Below, piece by piece: positions 38,626 to 49,779 of a stretch of 64,000 bases of DNA. The stretch lies in contig NC_090385.1 of NCBI RefSeq assembly GCF_036365525.1, positions 11,913,658-11,977,657 on the forward strand. The letters are read 5' to 3'. The DNA comes from Heterodontus francisci. Taxonomy: Eukaryota. Within the stretch, counting starts at the first letter, position 1. The number at the start of each line of letters is the position of its first letter. The position numbers were made by a program, and so were the translations under genes. The notes beneath the pieces were generated by a model. The model was not told where the DNA came from. It ran no database searches and saw only the letters and a list, made by a program, of their open reading frames with translations.

Positions 38626-40313
38626 CTAGGAGCCATGCGGGCACCCATAGCAACCCCTTTTACTTGAAGGAAGTGAGTGGAGTTGAAGGAGAAGTTGTTC
38701 AGTGTGAGAACAAGTTCAGCCAGGCAGAGGCGGGTGGTGGTGGATGGGTCTGGTTGGGTCTCTGTTCAAGGAAGAAGCAAAGAGCCGTCAAACAGTCCTG
38801 GTGGGGGATGGAGGTGTAGAGAGATTGGATGTCCATAGTGAAGTGGCCAGGAAACTGGAAATTATTAAAATGACGTAGGGCGTCAGAAGAGTCACGGATG
38901 TAGGTGGGAAGCAATTGGACCAGGGGAGTTAAGATAGGAATAAATAAGTTCAGTGGGGCAGGAACAGGCTGAGACAATGGGTCTGCCAGGACAGTCCTGT
39001 TTGTGGATTTTAGGAAGGAGGTGGAAGCCGGATGTCCGGGGTTGTGGGACTATCAGGTTGGAAGCTGTAGAGGGAAGATCTCCAGAGGAGATGAGGTTAA
39101 TGACCAAACTGTGGACAGTAACTTGATGTTCGGTGGTGGAGTCATGATCCAGGGGGAGGTAGGAAGTAGTGTCTGAGAGTTGGCGCTGAGCCTCTGCAAG
39201 GTAGAGGTCGGTACACCAGACAACAACAGCACCACCCTTGTCTGCAGGTTTAATAACAATGTCAGGGTTAGACCTGAGAGAACGGAGTGCAGCAAGTTCA
39301 GAGGGAGACAGGTTAGAGTGAGTGAGGGGGGGCAGAGAAATTGAAATGGCCGATGTCTCACCAACAGTTTTCAATGAAAAGATCAAGAGTGCGTAATAGG
39401 CCAGAGGGAGGGGTCCAGGTGGAGGGAGAATGCTGGAGGCGGGTGAATGGGTCTGCTGGTAGGGGGGAGGAGTCCTGATCAAAGAAGTGAGCCCGGAGGC
39501 GAAGGCGACGGAAGAAGAGCTCAGCATCATGCCAAGTGCGAAATTCATTGAGGTGGGGGCGTAAGGGGATAAAACTGAGTGCTGAGTACAGAAAGTTCAG
39601 CATCAGAGAGGGGAAGCTCAGAGGCTATAGTGAATACACGGCAAAGGGTCAGATCAGAATGGTTGGGGTCAGAGGGAAGTGACGGGGAAGAAGGATCTGG
39701 AGGGGCATTAGTCCCCATCAGCTGCTGGAGTTTGTGTTCCTTAACACCTGAAAGTTTTGTTAATGCGTCAGATAAGACAAAGGATGAAATGAAACCTCGG
39801 AGTAGAACAGCTGAGATAAGGTGAGGCAGTGCTTCTGGAGAGAGAGGTCCAGTGTGTACATGTGGCGATGCATGGCACTGAGTGTGGATCTCAGGATGTG
39901 TCAAGAACAGCAATCCGAGGAACGTTGTATTTCTCGGAGATACCTATAGCCCTGGGTGGATTCAAAACATGAAGGATGAAACTTCAGTTGGAATCCACGT
40001 AGAATAAGTCGGAACCGGAAACAATCACTGAGGAAGGAAATGTGGCTGTGAAAAGGGTTTTGGTAGACAATCTATCGAACACCAGGAGGGAAATAGAACG
40101 CAATGAAGGTGAACAAGGTAAAAGAGACAAACGAAAATCCCATCAAAGAGAAGAGCAGAACTTCTTCAAGATAGGCATTCCTGGAAGAGAAGTGGCAGTG
40201 AATTAAACACTAAAATAAAAGCAAAATACTTCAGATGCTGGAAATCTGAAATATAAACAAGCAATGCTGGAAATGCACTGCAGGTCTGGCAGCATCTGTG
40301 GAGAGAGAAGCAG

Positions 40314-40349
40314 AGTTAACGTTTCAGGTCAGTGACCTTTCATCAGAAC
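40314..40349 (-). ncRNA. Minimal type I hammerhead ribozyme motif in Penelope pLTR
   Basis: Minus strand GTT-CTGATGA-A-AGGTC(ACT)GACCT-GAAA-C-GTT-AAC: intact core, stem II, palindromic loop-less stem III, short stem I. Confidence 0.65.
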
Positions 40350-40619
40350 AGGCAAAGGTTAGAAATGTAATAGGTTTTAAGCAAATAAAGCGGGGATGGG
40401 GCAAGAGATAACAAAAGGGAAGGTGTGGATAGGACAGAGGGTCACAGAGAAGAACTGACCAGAAGGTCATGGAGCAAAGGCAAATGGTGTGCTGAAAGAC
40501 AAAGCGTCAGTGCAGAGAGGGTGTTAATTGACAGAAAAATGAACAGTCCTGGCCCAAAGCACAAACATGATTAAAAAAAAATCAATGGGCAAGCATATGG
40601 TTTAAAAAAATGAATAATC

Positions 40620-40910
40620 GAGCCACATGAGATATTAGGACAAATGACCGAGAGCTTCATCAAAGAGGTTATAAGGATCATTTTAAAAAAGGAAAGTAGT
40701 AGAAATGCAGAGAAGTTTAGGGAGGAGATTTCAGGACTTAGGGGCCTAGGCAGCTGATGGCACGGCCGCCAATGGTGGAACAATTAAAATCAGGGATGCT
40801 CAAGAGGCCAGAATTGGAGGAGCACAGGAATCCAAGGGTTGTAGTACTGGATGAGGTTACAGAGACAGGGTGGAGACAGGCCATGGAAACATTTGAAAAC
40901 AAAGATGTGA
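40620..40910 (-). mobile_element. L2 LINE 3' fragment
   Basis: Reverse-complement homology to 4680-4860 (LCSSNSGLLSIP...STIGGRAISCLGP). Confidence 0.7.
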
Positions 40911-41009
40911 ATTCCACAGCAACTAATTTCCTAAGTTTTGCTCTGAAGGATTGACACACCCAACCTCATGCTGCTCCACCCAAATATAGCACAGGCTCCC
41001 ATGCTGCCT

Positions 41010-41580
41010 TTTTTAATTAATTTATGGGATGGGAGCATCACCGGCAAGGGCGGCATTTATTGCCCATCCCTAATTGCCCTTGAAAAGGTGGTGGTGAGCT
41101 GCCTTCTTGAACTGCTGCAGTCCATGTGGTGTAGGTACACCCACAGGAGAGAGTTCCAGGTTTTGACCCAGCGATAGAAAAGGAACGGCGATAGAGTTCC
41201 AAGTTGGGATAGTGTGTGGCCTGAAGGGGAACTTGCAGGTGGCGGTGTTCCCATACGTCTGCTGCCCTTGTCCTTCTAGATAGTAGAGGTTGCGGTTTTG
41301 GAAGGTGCTGTCGAAAGAGGCATGGTGAGTGGCTGCAGTGCATCTAGTATATGGTACACACTGCTGCCACTGTGCGCTGGTGGTGGAAGGAGTGCATGTT
41401 GAAGGTGGTGGATGGGGTGCCAATCAAGTGGGCTGCTTTGTCTTGGATGGTGTTGAGCTTCTTGTTGGTGTATTCCATCACACACCTGACATGTGCCTTG
41501 TAGATGGTGGACAGACTTTGGGGAGTCAGGAGGTGAGTTACTCACCGCAGAATTCCCAGCCTCTGACCTGCACTTGTAGG
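41010..41580 (-). mobile_element. CR1/L2-superclade LINE 3' fragment
   Basis: Same 3' sequence as 18590-18900 and 54236-54800. Confidence 0.8.
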
Positions 41581-43734
41581 ACTGGGGGGGGGGGGGGGGG
41601 TGGGGAGGGGGAGGCGCTGAGGATGGAAGAGCAATTTAAATGGTGTAGGCTGAAGACAAGGGCTTGACTGTTTCCTGATCACTCACTCATTCGTTCGATG
41701 GACTGCTTCATCGTTCAGTATCCAAAATGAATAGTACTTTTACCTGAAGTGTCTTGATTTCCTCAGCCAGGGTGGTGAAGTGGAGCTGGTGCTGACATCA
41801 AGCAAGACACAGAATTAAGGAGCATGGAATTGGGAGAGATCATTCGATGAAAATGCAGTAATTGAAAGGGCATAAGAAGTAAATAACACAATAAGGTTCA
41901 GAGATCACTGGAGTGATTGAGAAAGCTTCGGGAATAACAGGAGAAAAGCATAGTTTAATTGAGAGAGCAAAAGTAAATGACTAGTCAGAAAAATAAGTCT
42001 TGGTTTTCACCCATAGTCGATGGGCTACAAACTTAGCCAATGGAGAAGTAGACAAGGAGTAACAGAAACACAGCAAGAAAGTGTTGAAATTTCCTGTCTG
42101 CTACAGCTAATTTTCTCTTATTACCTCTTTGTACTTTGGCGAGAAGCAAAGTGGAATTTGAACCACAGAGACACCCCCAACAGCCGAAGGAGAAGTTTTG
42201 AGAGGAAAGCACAGATAAAGGAGGAAGTCAATGGTTCTATCGACCTCATAAAAACCAGAATTGCGGTAACGTCCCGTCTGAATCTCACCGGAACCGATGG
42301 ATGAGTAAAGAAATTTCTCATTTCAGTGCTTCAGAGACAGCAAAGTGCAGTCATGGTAAAGCTTGGAAGTACAGCAGCCAATGTGCAAACAGCAAGGTAC
42401 TACAAACAACAATCCTTCTGCTTTGGTTGTGTCAGTATCACAGACTAACATCCTTATTCCTCCAACAGGCTGAAGAGGCAGGTCCCTGAGTCTATCGCAG
42501 GAATTGAACCTGTGTTGTTGGGTGTTATTTTGGACTAGAGGCTAACCATCCAGCTAACCAGCCCCAATGCAGCAAGTGATTTAGTGATGTTGGTTGAGGA
42601 ACAAATCGTCATCAGAATACTGGGGAGATCTCCTCTGCTCTTCTTCGAAATACTGCAGGGGCATCTTTTTATGGCACCTCTGGCAGTGCAGCCTTGCCTT
42701 GGGACTGCACTGAAGTGTCAGTCAGGATTATGTGCTCAAATATCTGAGATTTGAGCCTAAAATCTCCTGACTCAGGTGAGAGTATAACCCACTGAGCCAT
42801 GGCTGGCACCAATAAATAATCTCGCTGTCATTTATTGATTGCATTCAATCTTGTCTCCAAAATTAGATGTTAAGTCTCACTCATTTGCAAGAAAAACTAT
42901 GACCTATTTTGAAGCATTGGATGCTAAAAAAAACAATTTAAAATGGTTCAAACCGTGTTGTAACCTGTGTCAGTCTTTGGGATCCCTTCTCTCATTCAGA
43001 GTGAAATGATGGTGGAAGGTTCGACTGAGGTTCCCAGCGTTAAATTATCATTATTATGGAGAGGCGGTGCAGGTTAAAATATCACGTGCTTATGTTTCCG
43101 AAGTTCATATCAATGTATTTAGACGGGAGGAAATAGTGAGGCAACGTGTCATTATAGACCTGTGATTTGTGTTTCTTGCGTTCTGGAATTTTAAAGTAGC
43201 GATTGAGCATAAACTGCGACCAGGTCTAGACATGTGTGTTTATGAATGGAGAACAGAATAGTTTTAGTGGTTGCTGTGATCTATATTGCACTAGTGTTTC
43301 ATCGTTTGCATTGCGGGTAAGTCGATGGGAGAGTTGGTGAGTTTTGCGTTCAACTCTCTGCTCTTGCTCTAACCTTGAAGGGAATGGTCTTCACCGTCAC
43401 TTTAGGTTATTGTGAGGTCACTCGGTGACTTGGGGGTGAAAGCAGAGCGTATCCAAAACTGGGACTGACTTTTGCAACCATTAAACAGGGATTCTAACTT
43501 CATTTGATTCAGGCATAAGGCATTCGGAGAATTACCCACACGATTCTGATGCCTGGAGACCCAAGATCATTCCAATGAAGGGTAGCTGATTCCTGGAAAG
43601 TTGTGAAGATGCAGGACATTTCAGGTGGGTGTGTTTAGAGGTAAATGTGAGTTGAATGAGAGCAATTAGACTGCACAGTAAGTGGAGTTTTGGTGAGAGT
43701 CACATTTTAAAGTACAGCACTGTCAGTATCTAGT

Positions 43735-45214
43735 CTTCTTCTTTCTTCTTTGGCCTCCTTATCTCGAGAGACAATAAGACAATGGCCTGGAGGTGCTCAG
43801 TGGTGTGTGGAGCAGTGCCTGGAGTGGCTATAAAGGCCAATTCTAGAGTGACAGGCTCTTCCACAGGTGCTGCAGAAAAATTTGTTTGTCGGGTCTGTTA
43901 CACAGTTGGCTCTCCCCTTGCGCTTCTGTCGTTTTTCCTGCCAACTGCTAAGTCTCTTCGACTCGCCACACTTTAACCCCGTCTTTATGGCTGCCCGCCA
44001 GCTCTGGCGAACGCTGGCAACTGACTCCCACGACTTGTGATCAATGTCACAGGACTTCATGTCGCGTTTGCAGACGTCTTTAAAGCGGAGACATGGACGG
44101 CCGGTGGGTCTGATACCAGTGACGAGCTCGCTGTACAATGTGTCTTTGGGGATCCTGCCATCTTCCATGCGGCTCACATGGCCAAGCCATCTCAAGCGCC
44201 GCTGACTCAGTAGTGTGTATAAGCTGGGGATGTTGGCCGCCTCGAGGACTTCTGTGTTGGAGATACAGTCCTGCCACCTGATGCCAAGTATTCTCCGGAG
44301 GCAGCGAAGATGGAATGAATTGAGACGTCGCTCTTGGCTGATATACGTTGTCCAGGCCTCGCTGCCATAGAGCAAGGTACTGAGGACACAGGCTTGATAC
44401 ACTCGGACTTTTGTGTTCCATGTCAGTGCACCATTTTCCCACACTCTCTTGGCCAGTCTGGACATAGCAGTGGAAGCCTTTCTCATGCACTTGTTGATTT
44501 CTGCATCTAGAGACGGGTTACTGGTGATAGTTGAGCCTAGGTAGGTGAACTCTTGAACCACTTCCAGAGCGTGGTCGCCTATATTGATGGATGGAGCATT
44601 TCTGACATCCTGCCCCATGATGTTCATTTTCTTGAGGCTGATGGTTAGGCCAAATTCGTTGCAGGCAGCCGCAAACCTGTCGATGAGTCTCTGCAGACAC
44701 TCTTCAGTGTGAGATGTTAAAGCAGCATCGTCAGCAAAGAGGAGTTCCCTGATGAGGACTTTCCATACTTTGGACTTCTCTCTTAGATGGGCAAGGTTGA
44801 ACAACCTGCCCCCTGATCTTGTGTGGAGGAAAATTCCTTCTTCTGAAGACTTGAACGCATGTGAGAGCAGCAGGGAGAAGAAAATCCCAAACAGTGTGGG
44901 TGCGAGAACACAGCCCTGTTTCACACCACTCAGGATAGGAAAGGGGTCTGATGAGGTGCCGCTATGTTGAATTGTGCCTTTCATATTGTCATGGAATGAG
45001 GTGATGATACTTAGTAGCTTTGGTGGGCATCCAATCTTTTCTAGTAGTCTGAAGAGACCACGTCTGCTGACGAGGTCAAAGGCTTTGGTGAGATTAATGA
45101 AAGCAATGTAGAGGGGCATCTGTTGTTCACGGCATTTCTCCTGTAACTGACGAAGGGAGAAGAGCATGTCAATGGTCGATCTCTCTGCTCGAAAGCCACA
45201 CTGTGCCTCAGGGT
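43735..45214 (-). mobile_element. Young 5'-truncated RTE-clade LINE with intact RT ORF (43797-45167)
   Basis: 456-aa uninterrupted ORF (AFINLTKAFDLV, GVKQGCVLAPTLF, LLFADDAAL, C-terminal CSTCGRACHSRIGLYSH); (AAG)n-like tail; 10-bp TSD AGTATCTAGT at 43725-43734 and 45215-45224. Confidence 0.92.
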
Positions 45215-45492
45215 AGTATCTAGTACATTTAATAAATGGGTGGAAGGTTCCATTTCCTGTAACATTCAGTATGCTTCATTTTATATTTGGAATGATGTTA
45301 ACTTAGTGAATGCTGATGACGATATGGATCACTGTGCTAGCGTGTTCAGTATCTTAATTAATGTGCATGTCAAAAGCCACCCCAGGTTAGATTGGTACTA
45401 ACACTAACTTGATCAGCACCCCATGCACAATCTGAAACCTTCTTTCCCTCTGCCACTGGAGCACGGTGGCAGCAGTGTGAACCATCTACAAC

Positions 45493-45560
45493 AGGGTTGT
45501 CCAACCTTTTCGGGCAGAAGGGAGCATTATGACTTTTGCTTGGCCAGTGAGAACATTTCA
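45493..45560. mobile_element. hAT-Charlie-like terminal fragment
   Basis: CAGGGTTGTCCAACCTTTT resembles hAT-Charlie TIR starts; the other end was not found. Confidence 0.35.
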
Positions 45561-45909
45561 CATGATAAAGGCATTAAAAATTTATCTTACTAATAAAAAC
45601 AACAACAAATATGTATTTTTGTGAAGAAGCTTTAAATGAGAAGACTAATTTATTTACTTAATTTCTCGTCACTGTATTGAAAACTGATTTAGTGACTGTA
45701 CTGTATGGTTAAAGCATGACCTTGCCAAACGGAATGGCCTCACCTCTTCTACTTGAGCTGTGAAGAATTCCAGTACTCTCTGGAATCACTAATCCAGAAG
45801 TCACAGCATAATATTAGTGTTTTATTCAACAAAGGTTGATCGGTTAAGTCATGTCATAATTCTGAGTTAAATCATTTTTGCCAATTGCTATCAGATGTAA
45901 CTGTCTAAC

Positions 45910-46065
45910 AAGGGTTCTTTTATGTCGACCTGAGAGGGCAGAGACGTCCTCATTTCAATGTTTCATCTGAAAGAAGACACCTCCAACAGTGCTGCACTCC
46001 CTCTACTGTACTCAAGTGTCAGCTTGGATTATGTGCTCAGGGCTTTAGAGTGAGGCTGGAATCGA
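45910..46065 (-). mobile_element. Deu-domain SINE fragment (another at about 42565-42810)
   Basis: TTTCATCTGAAAGAAGACACCTCCAACAGTGCTGCACTCCCTCTACTGTACT...GTGTCAGC is the reverse complement of the Deu core. Confidence 0.6.
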
Positions 46066-46374
46066 GATTTAAATGTTCCTAAATACTCTCCTTGATCATA
46101 AGAATCTGTCCGTACAGATTTCTGAAACAGCACCAACCAAACCTGTGACCTTTCCCACTTCCATGGACCTTCCCGCCACGGGCTTAATTGGGGTGGCGGG
46201 GTCCCCACCTGCCACCATTCCGCCCAATGAAATGCTCTACCCGTCTTCAAACTCACCACTGGGAGAGCATATGTTTCTGGTTGATGATCATTTGGTTGAT
46301 TGTACCGTTTTCCCTGGGAATATTATTGAATGCACATTCATGGCTTATGTCATCACCATTCATTCCATTGATTT

Positions 46375-46710
46375 TATTTTCCAAAAATATACTTTATTCA
46401 TAACATTTGTAAAAATGCATTACATAATAGTTCAAATTTGACATTACATAAAGTGCAATACAGATCAGTTTCTTTCAATACAGCACATGATTTGCCTCAC
46501 AACCTTGTCTATACAGGTTATATTTACAATGTACATTTACATTTCATGTCAGACATTCTCTGGTGCATACAGACCGAGGGGTTTTACATGGATTCCAGCC
46601 CCTCGGTATACAATGGTGGGAGGGCCCAACACAGTGGCCTTTCCCCATTGAGCTTCTGTGGCAGCTGCCGCAGCTTTAGTACATCCCTCAGCATGTAATC
46701 CTGGACCTTG
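46375..46710 (-). mobile_element. L1/Tx1-like LINE 3' end
   Basis: Minus strand ends with AATAAAGTATATTTTTGGAAAA; preceded by a KVQDYMLRDVLKLRQ...QWGKAT-like ORF2 terminus. Confidence 0.5.
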
Positions 46711-47433
46711 GGAGTGTGTTCACTCCATTGCTGACCCTAAATAAATACTTTGCTCACCACAATTCAATCCAACTCAATGAATTAGAAGGTAGTTTGGCCC
46801 CACAAACCTGTAACCACTGCATTGTAAGTCTATCCTTTGTATTTACTTCAGTGACCTATGTAGTTGGTCAATGATACTTTGCCAACTTGCTAAAATGACT
46901 TTTGAGATGCAAAATGTTTGAAGGATTTTGCTTTGTATGTGATACGCAAGTGATTTCTGTTTTTGAAGACACTAACATTTTTATTCCTGGTTAGGAATGG
47001 CTATTTGATGGGTCTCGCTGTAAAGACTTGGTTGGTTCTACTATTCATTGGTTCTACGTATGTCACAACCTGTAAGTATGTTAGTCACTTTGAGAATAAT
47101 TTTTCTGTCTAATAAATTGAAGTTTGGTTTCTGTGAAAATGTACTCTGGCAATACATTCCAATTCTACAGTCAAGTTTAAATACAACAAAGGCACAGAAC
47201 ACTTTGTGTTCTGTAATCAAAGTGATTCCTGACAACGCAGCCGGCCGTTGACGTCATCAGGCTGCGCCAAGATGCACACATGCGCAGGTCGGCTCCTGCT
47301 CGGCGTTCCGACTTGCCAGGACTGCTTAGCACATGCGCCGATGTCATCACGCAACGTGTACATCTTCGTGCAACGTGCCTGGTTGGCTCCACTCCCCCCA
47401 CCTCACTCTCTCTGGCCACTCTGCTCCAGCCCC

Positions 47434-47538
47434 CACCCCGTCGCTTTCTCCGGCCGTTCCACTCACCACCCCATCACTCTCTCCGGCCGCTCCACTCACA
47501 ACCCCGTTGCTCTCTCCGGCCGCTCCACTCACAACCCC
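47434..47538. repeat. 33-bp minisatellite, about 3.2 copies
   Basis: Units (C/A)ACCCCRTYRCTYTCTCCGGCCGYTCCACTCAC at 47434, 47467 and 47500. Confidence 0.85.
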
Positions 47539-47883
47539 TACCCCCACCTCTCCCCCATCTCTCCATACGCTAGCTCACGGCGGCGCTGCGTCCCGCCTCT
47601 CTGCCATGTGCTCCTACATCGCCTTGCTTCTTAGGGAGGCACGGTGCAGGAAGGGAGCAGGGGGCAGAGAGCGAGCGGCCAGAGCGGAATGGCACTGAGA
47701 ACAATTAGAATTCTGCAGCACTGTCAGAGGTGCTGTACTTTAGATTCCTATTGCGTGCCGCCATAGGTTTACTTTGTCATTCTGTGATTATTCAGCAGTG
47801 CCATCTTTAGTCCCGGCCGCTGCCTGAACATCGCAGACTGTGACGTTTAAGTGGAACAGGCTACATTGGCACATGTGCCAGTA

Positions 47884-47899
47884 CAGCGCCACCTGGTGG
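47884..47899 (-). promoter_or_regulatory. Candidate CTCF binding motif
   Basis: Minus strand CCACCAGGTGGCGCTG matches the CCASYAGRKGGCRS core consensus. Confidence 0.4.
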
Positions 47900-48151
47900 T
47901 TGTATTGTCAGCAAATGCAGCCTTATATAATATGCCAATTTAAAAGTAAATCAGTCCATTTGTATCAATCCACCATTTCATTAAAATAGATGAACGGTGC
48001 TTTGTTCTGTTAATGATTTATGGATACCTTGAGGATAAAAGACCCAACTAATGTACAGGTACCTAATCAAAAGCAAAGCACAGCGGGCACTATATTTGCC
48101 TCCATGTATAGTGTTTGATCAATCGGACTCAGGCTATATTTGAAAACATCT

Positions 48152-48445
48152 GCACAGTGGCGCAGTGGTTAGCACTGCAGCCTCACAGCTCCTGGGACCC
48201 GGGTTCAGTTCTGGGTACTGCCTGCGCGGAGTTTGCAAGTTGTCCCTGTGACCGCATGGGTTTCCATCGGGTGCTCTGGTTTCCTCCCACAGCCAAAGAC
48301 TTGCAGGTTGATAGGTAAATTGGCCATTGTAAATTGCCCCTAATGTAGGTAAGTGGTCGGGAATATGGGATTACTGCAGGGTTAGCACAGACTCAGTGGG
48401 CCGAAGAGCCTGTTTCAGTGCTGTATCTCTAAAATAAAATAAAAA
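48152..48445 (+). mobile_element. HE1-like V-SINE (internally deleted)
   Basis: Family head and V-domain, tail ending in TAAAA repeats. Confidence 0.85.
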
Positions 48446-48660
48446 CATTAATCTATATTTTTAAAGCATCCAGCTGTTAAAAGTGATGATTTATTGCAGT
48501 TTATTCAAGGAGGATGATTTACTTGCAGATTAATTTGAAGATTACACTCGCTCTTCTGTTCCATTCCTAGCTCACTTTCCCACCCCATTTTAAATGTTGC
48601 AAAAGCAACATACTGCGGAAGCTGAAAATACTCAGCAAGTCTGGCAGCACCTGTAGAGAG

Positions 48661-49330
48661 TATTACGACCAAGGTGGGAGTAATGCATTATTAATTCAGT
48701 CCCACTGCAACACAGGTCATAGCATATTAGCAAATTGTCCCACCTACTGGAAAGTAGCCAAATTAAACCCTCTATTTGTCCCCCAGAATAAAGCACACCA
48801 AACCAGGTTTCTTTAAACAAAATTAAGTATTTAATAAATTAAGTCTAAACAATAAATGAGATAACACTACATGTGAAAGGATCATACCACACGAGGTTGA
48901 TGCAGTCTGTGATGGGTAGATCTTCAAGGCAATTTGTCTGCAGCAGGCGTCGCACAGATCTTTCAGCTAAGGATGTAGCAACAGGTCTACTTGGGTTTGA
49001 AACAGCAGACTAGCAATAGAAGCTTTCTTGAGCTTTAACGATCTCCCAAAACACAAAGAGGTAAAAAGAGAGTCACTTGAGGCTTCAGGAATTTGCAAAC
49101 TTTAAAAATGCAAGACTTCCCCTCTGCAAAGCAGTGTTCCTCCAGTGTGTAGCAACTCCTCTCTTCCCAAGTCTTTTCTCTCTCCAGGGGTCTTTGCCCC
49201 TCTCCAGCTAGACCATATCCACCATTGCAAATGTAGGTTTTCTTTTTTCAAGAGAGGCAAGCTTCTTACAGAGAATAGGTCTTTTTTTCTGGTCTTCTAA
49301 ACATGTCCCAGCCAGGTATCACTGCATGCT
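48661..49330 (-). mobile_element. Partial solo LTR related to 20920-22014
   Basis: TATTACGACCAAGGTGGGAGTAATGCA...GTAGCCAAATTAAAC is the reverse complement of about 21905-22014. Confidence 0.6.
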
Positions 49331-49779
49331 GCTGGTCCAGCCCACACTTCTTTCACAATGCAGAAGTGAAATTAATACCCACAAAAATCTTCTGTTATTT
49401 CCCTGTTGAGCAGCTTGGAAACAGGTGTCTTGCACTCTGTGCACACTTCACTCAGTCCACAATTCAACTATCAGCTCTTAATGTACTTTTTGAAAAAAAA
49501 AAAATATAGAAACACACATAAAAGAAAAACAGAGTTACCATCTCAGGTCAATGACCTTTTGTCAAAATGGTCAAAATGTCATAGACCTGAAGCAGTGACC
49601 CATTTTTTCAGCCCTGGCTCAGTAGTTAGCTATATAAATGCACATCTGTCTTTCTTCTTAATGCTGCTTGATAGAGGAAAAAGAGCTTGCATTTATATAA
49701 TACTTTTATCAAAGCTCTGTATTGGGGTTTATTTTGTATTGTAAACCCCCAGTAGTGTGATCATACACAAGAACTCCAA

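Larger units (their letters stand above)
36770..40615 (-). mobile_element. Near-full-length Penelope-like retroelement with direct pLTRs
   Basis: Direct repeats 36770-37165 and 40205-40615; ORF fragments DIVIKPADKGGAVVVW, LPKIHK..PGRPIVS, TMDIQSLYTSIPH, FFRYIDDCIG (RT); GIY-YIG region near 37200-37450. Confidence 0.9.

Noticed and set aside
41584-41614. Poly-G tract as a functional G-quadruplex
   Set aside because: Sits at a truncated LINE junction; a simple homopolymer with no functional context.
42482-42566. Minus-strand tRNA-like sequence (GGCTGGTTAGCT...GGTTCAATTCC)
   Set aside because: No foldable anticodon or acceptor stems; probably a degenerate tRNA-derived SINE head.
47177-47698. 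Overlapping ORFs with repeated peptides; CRISPR-like periodicity
   Set aside because: Produced by a 33-bp GC-rich minisatellite with no unique spacers, in a eukaryotic context.
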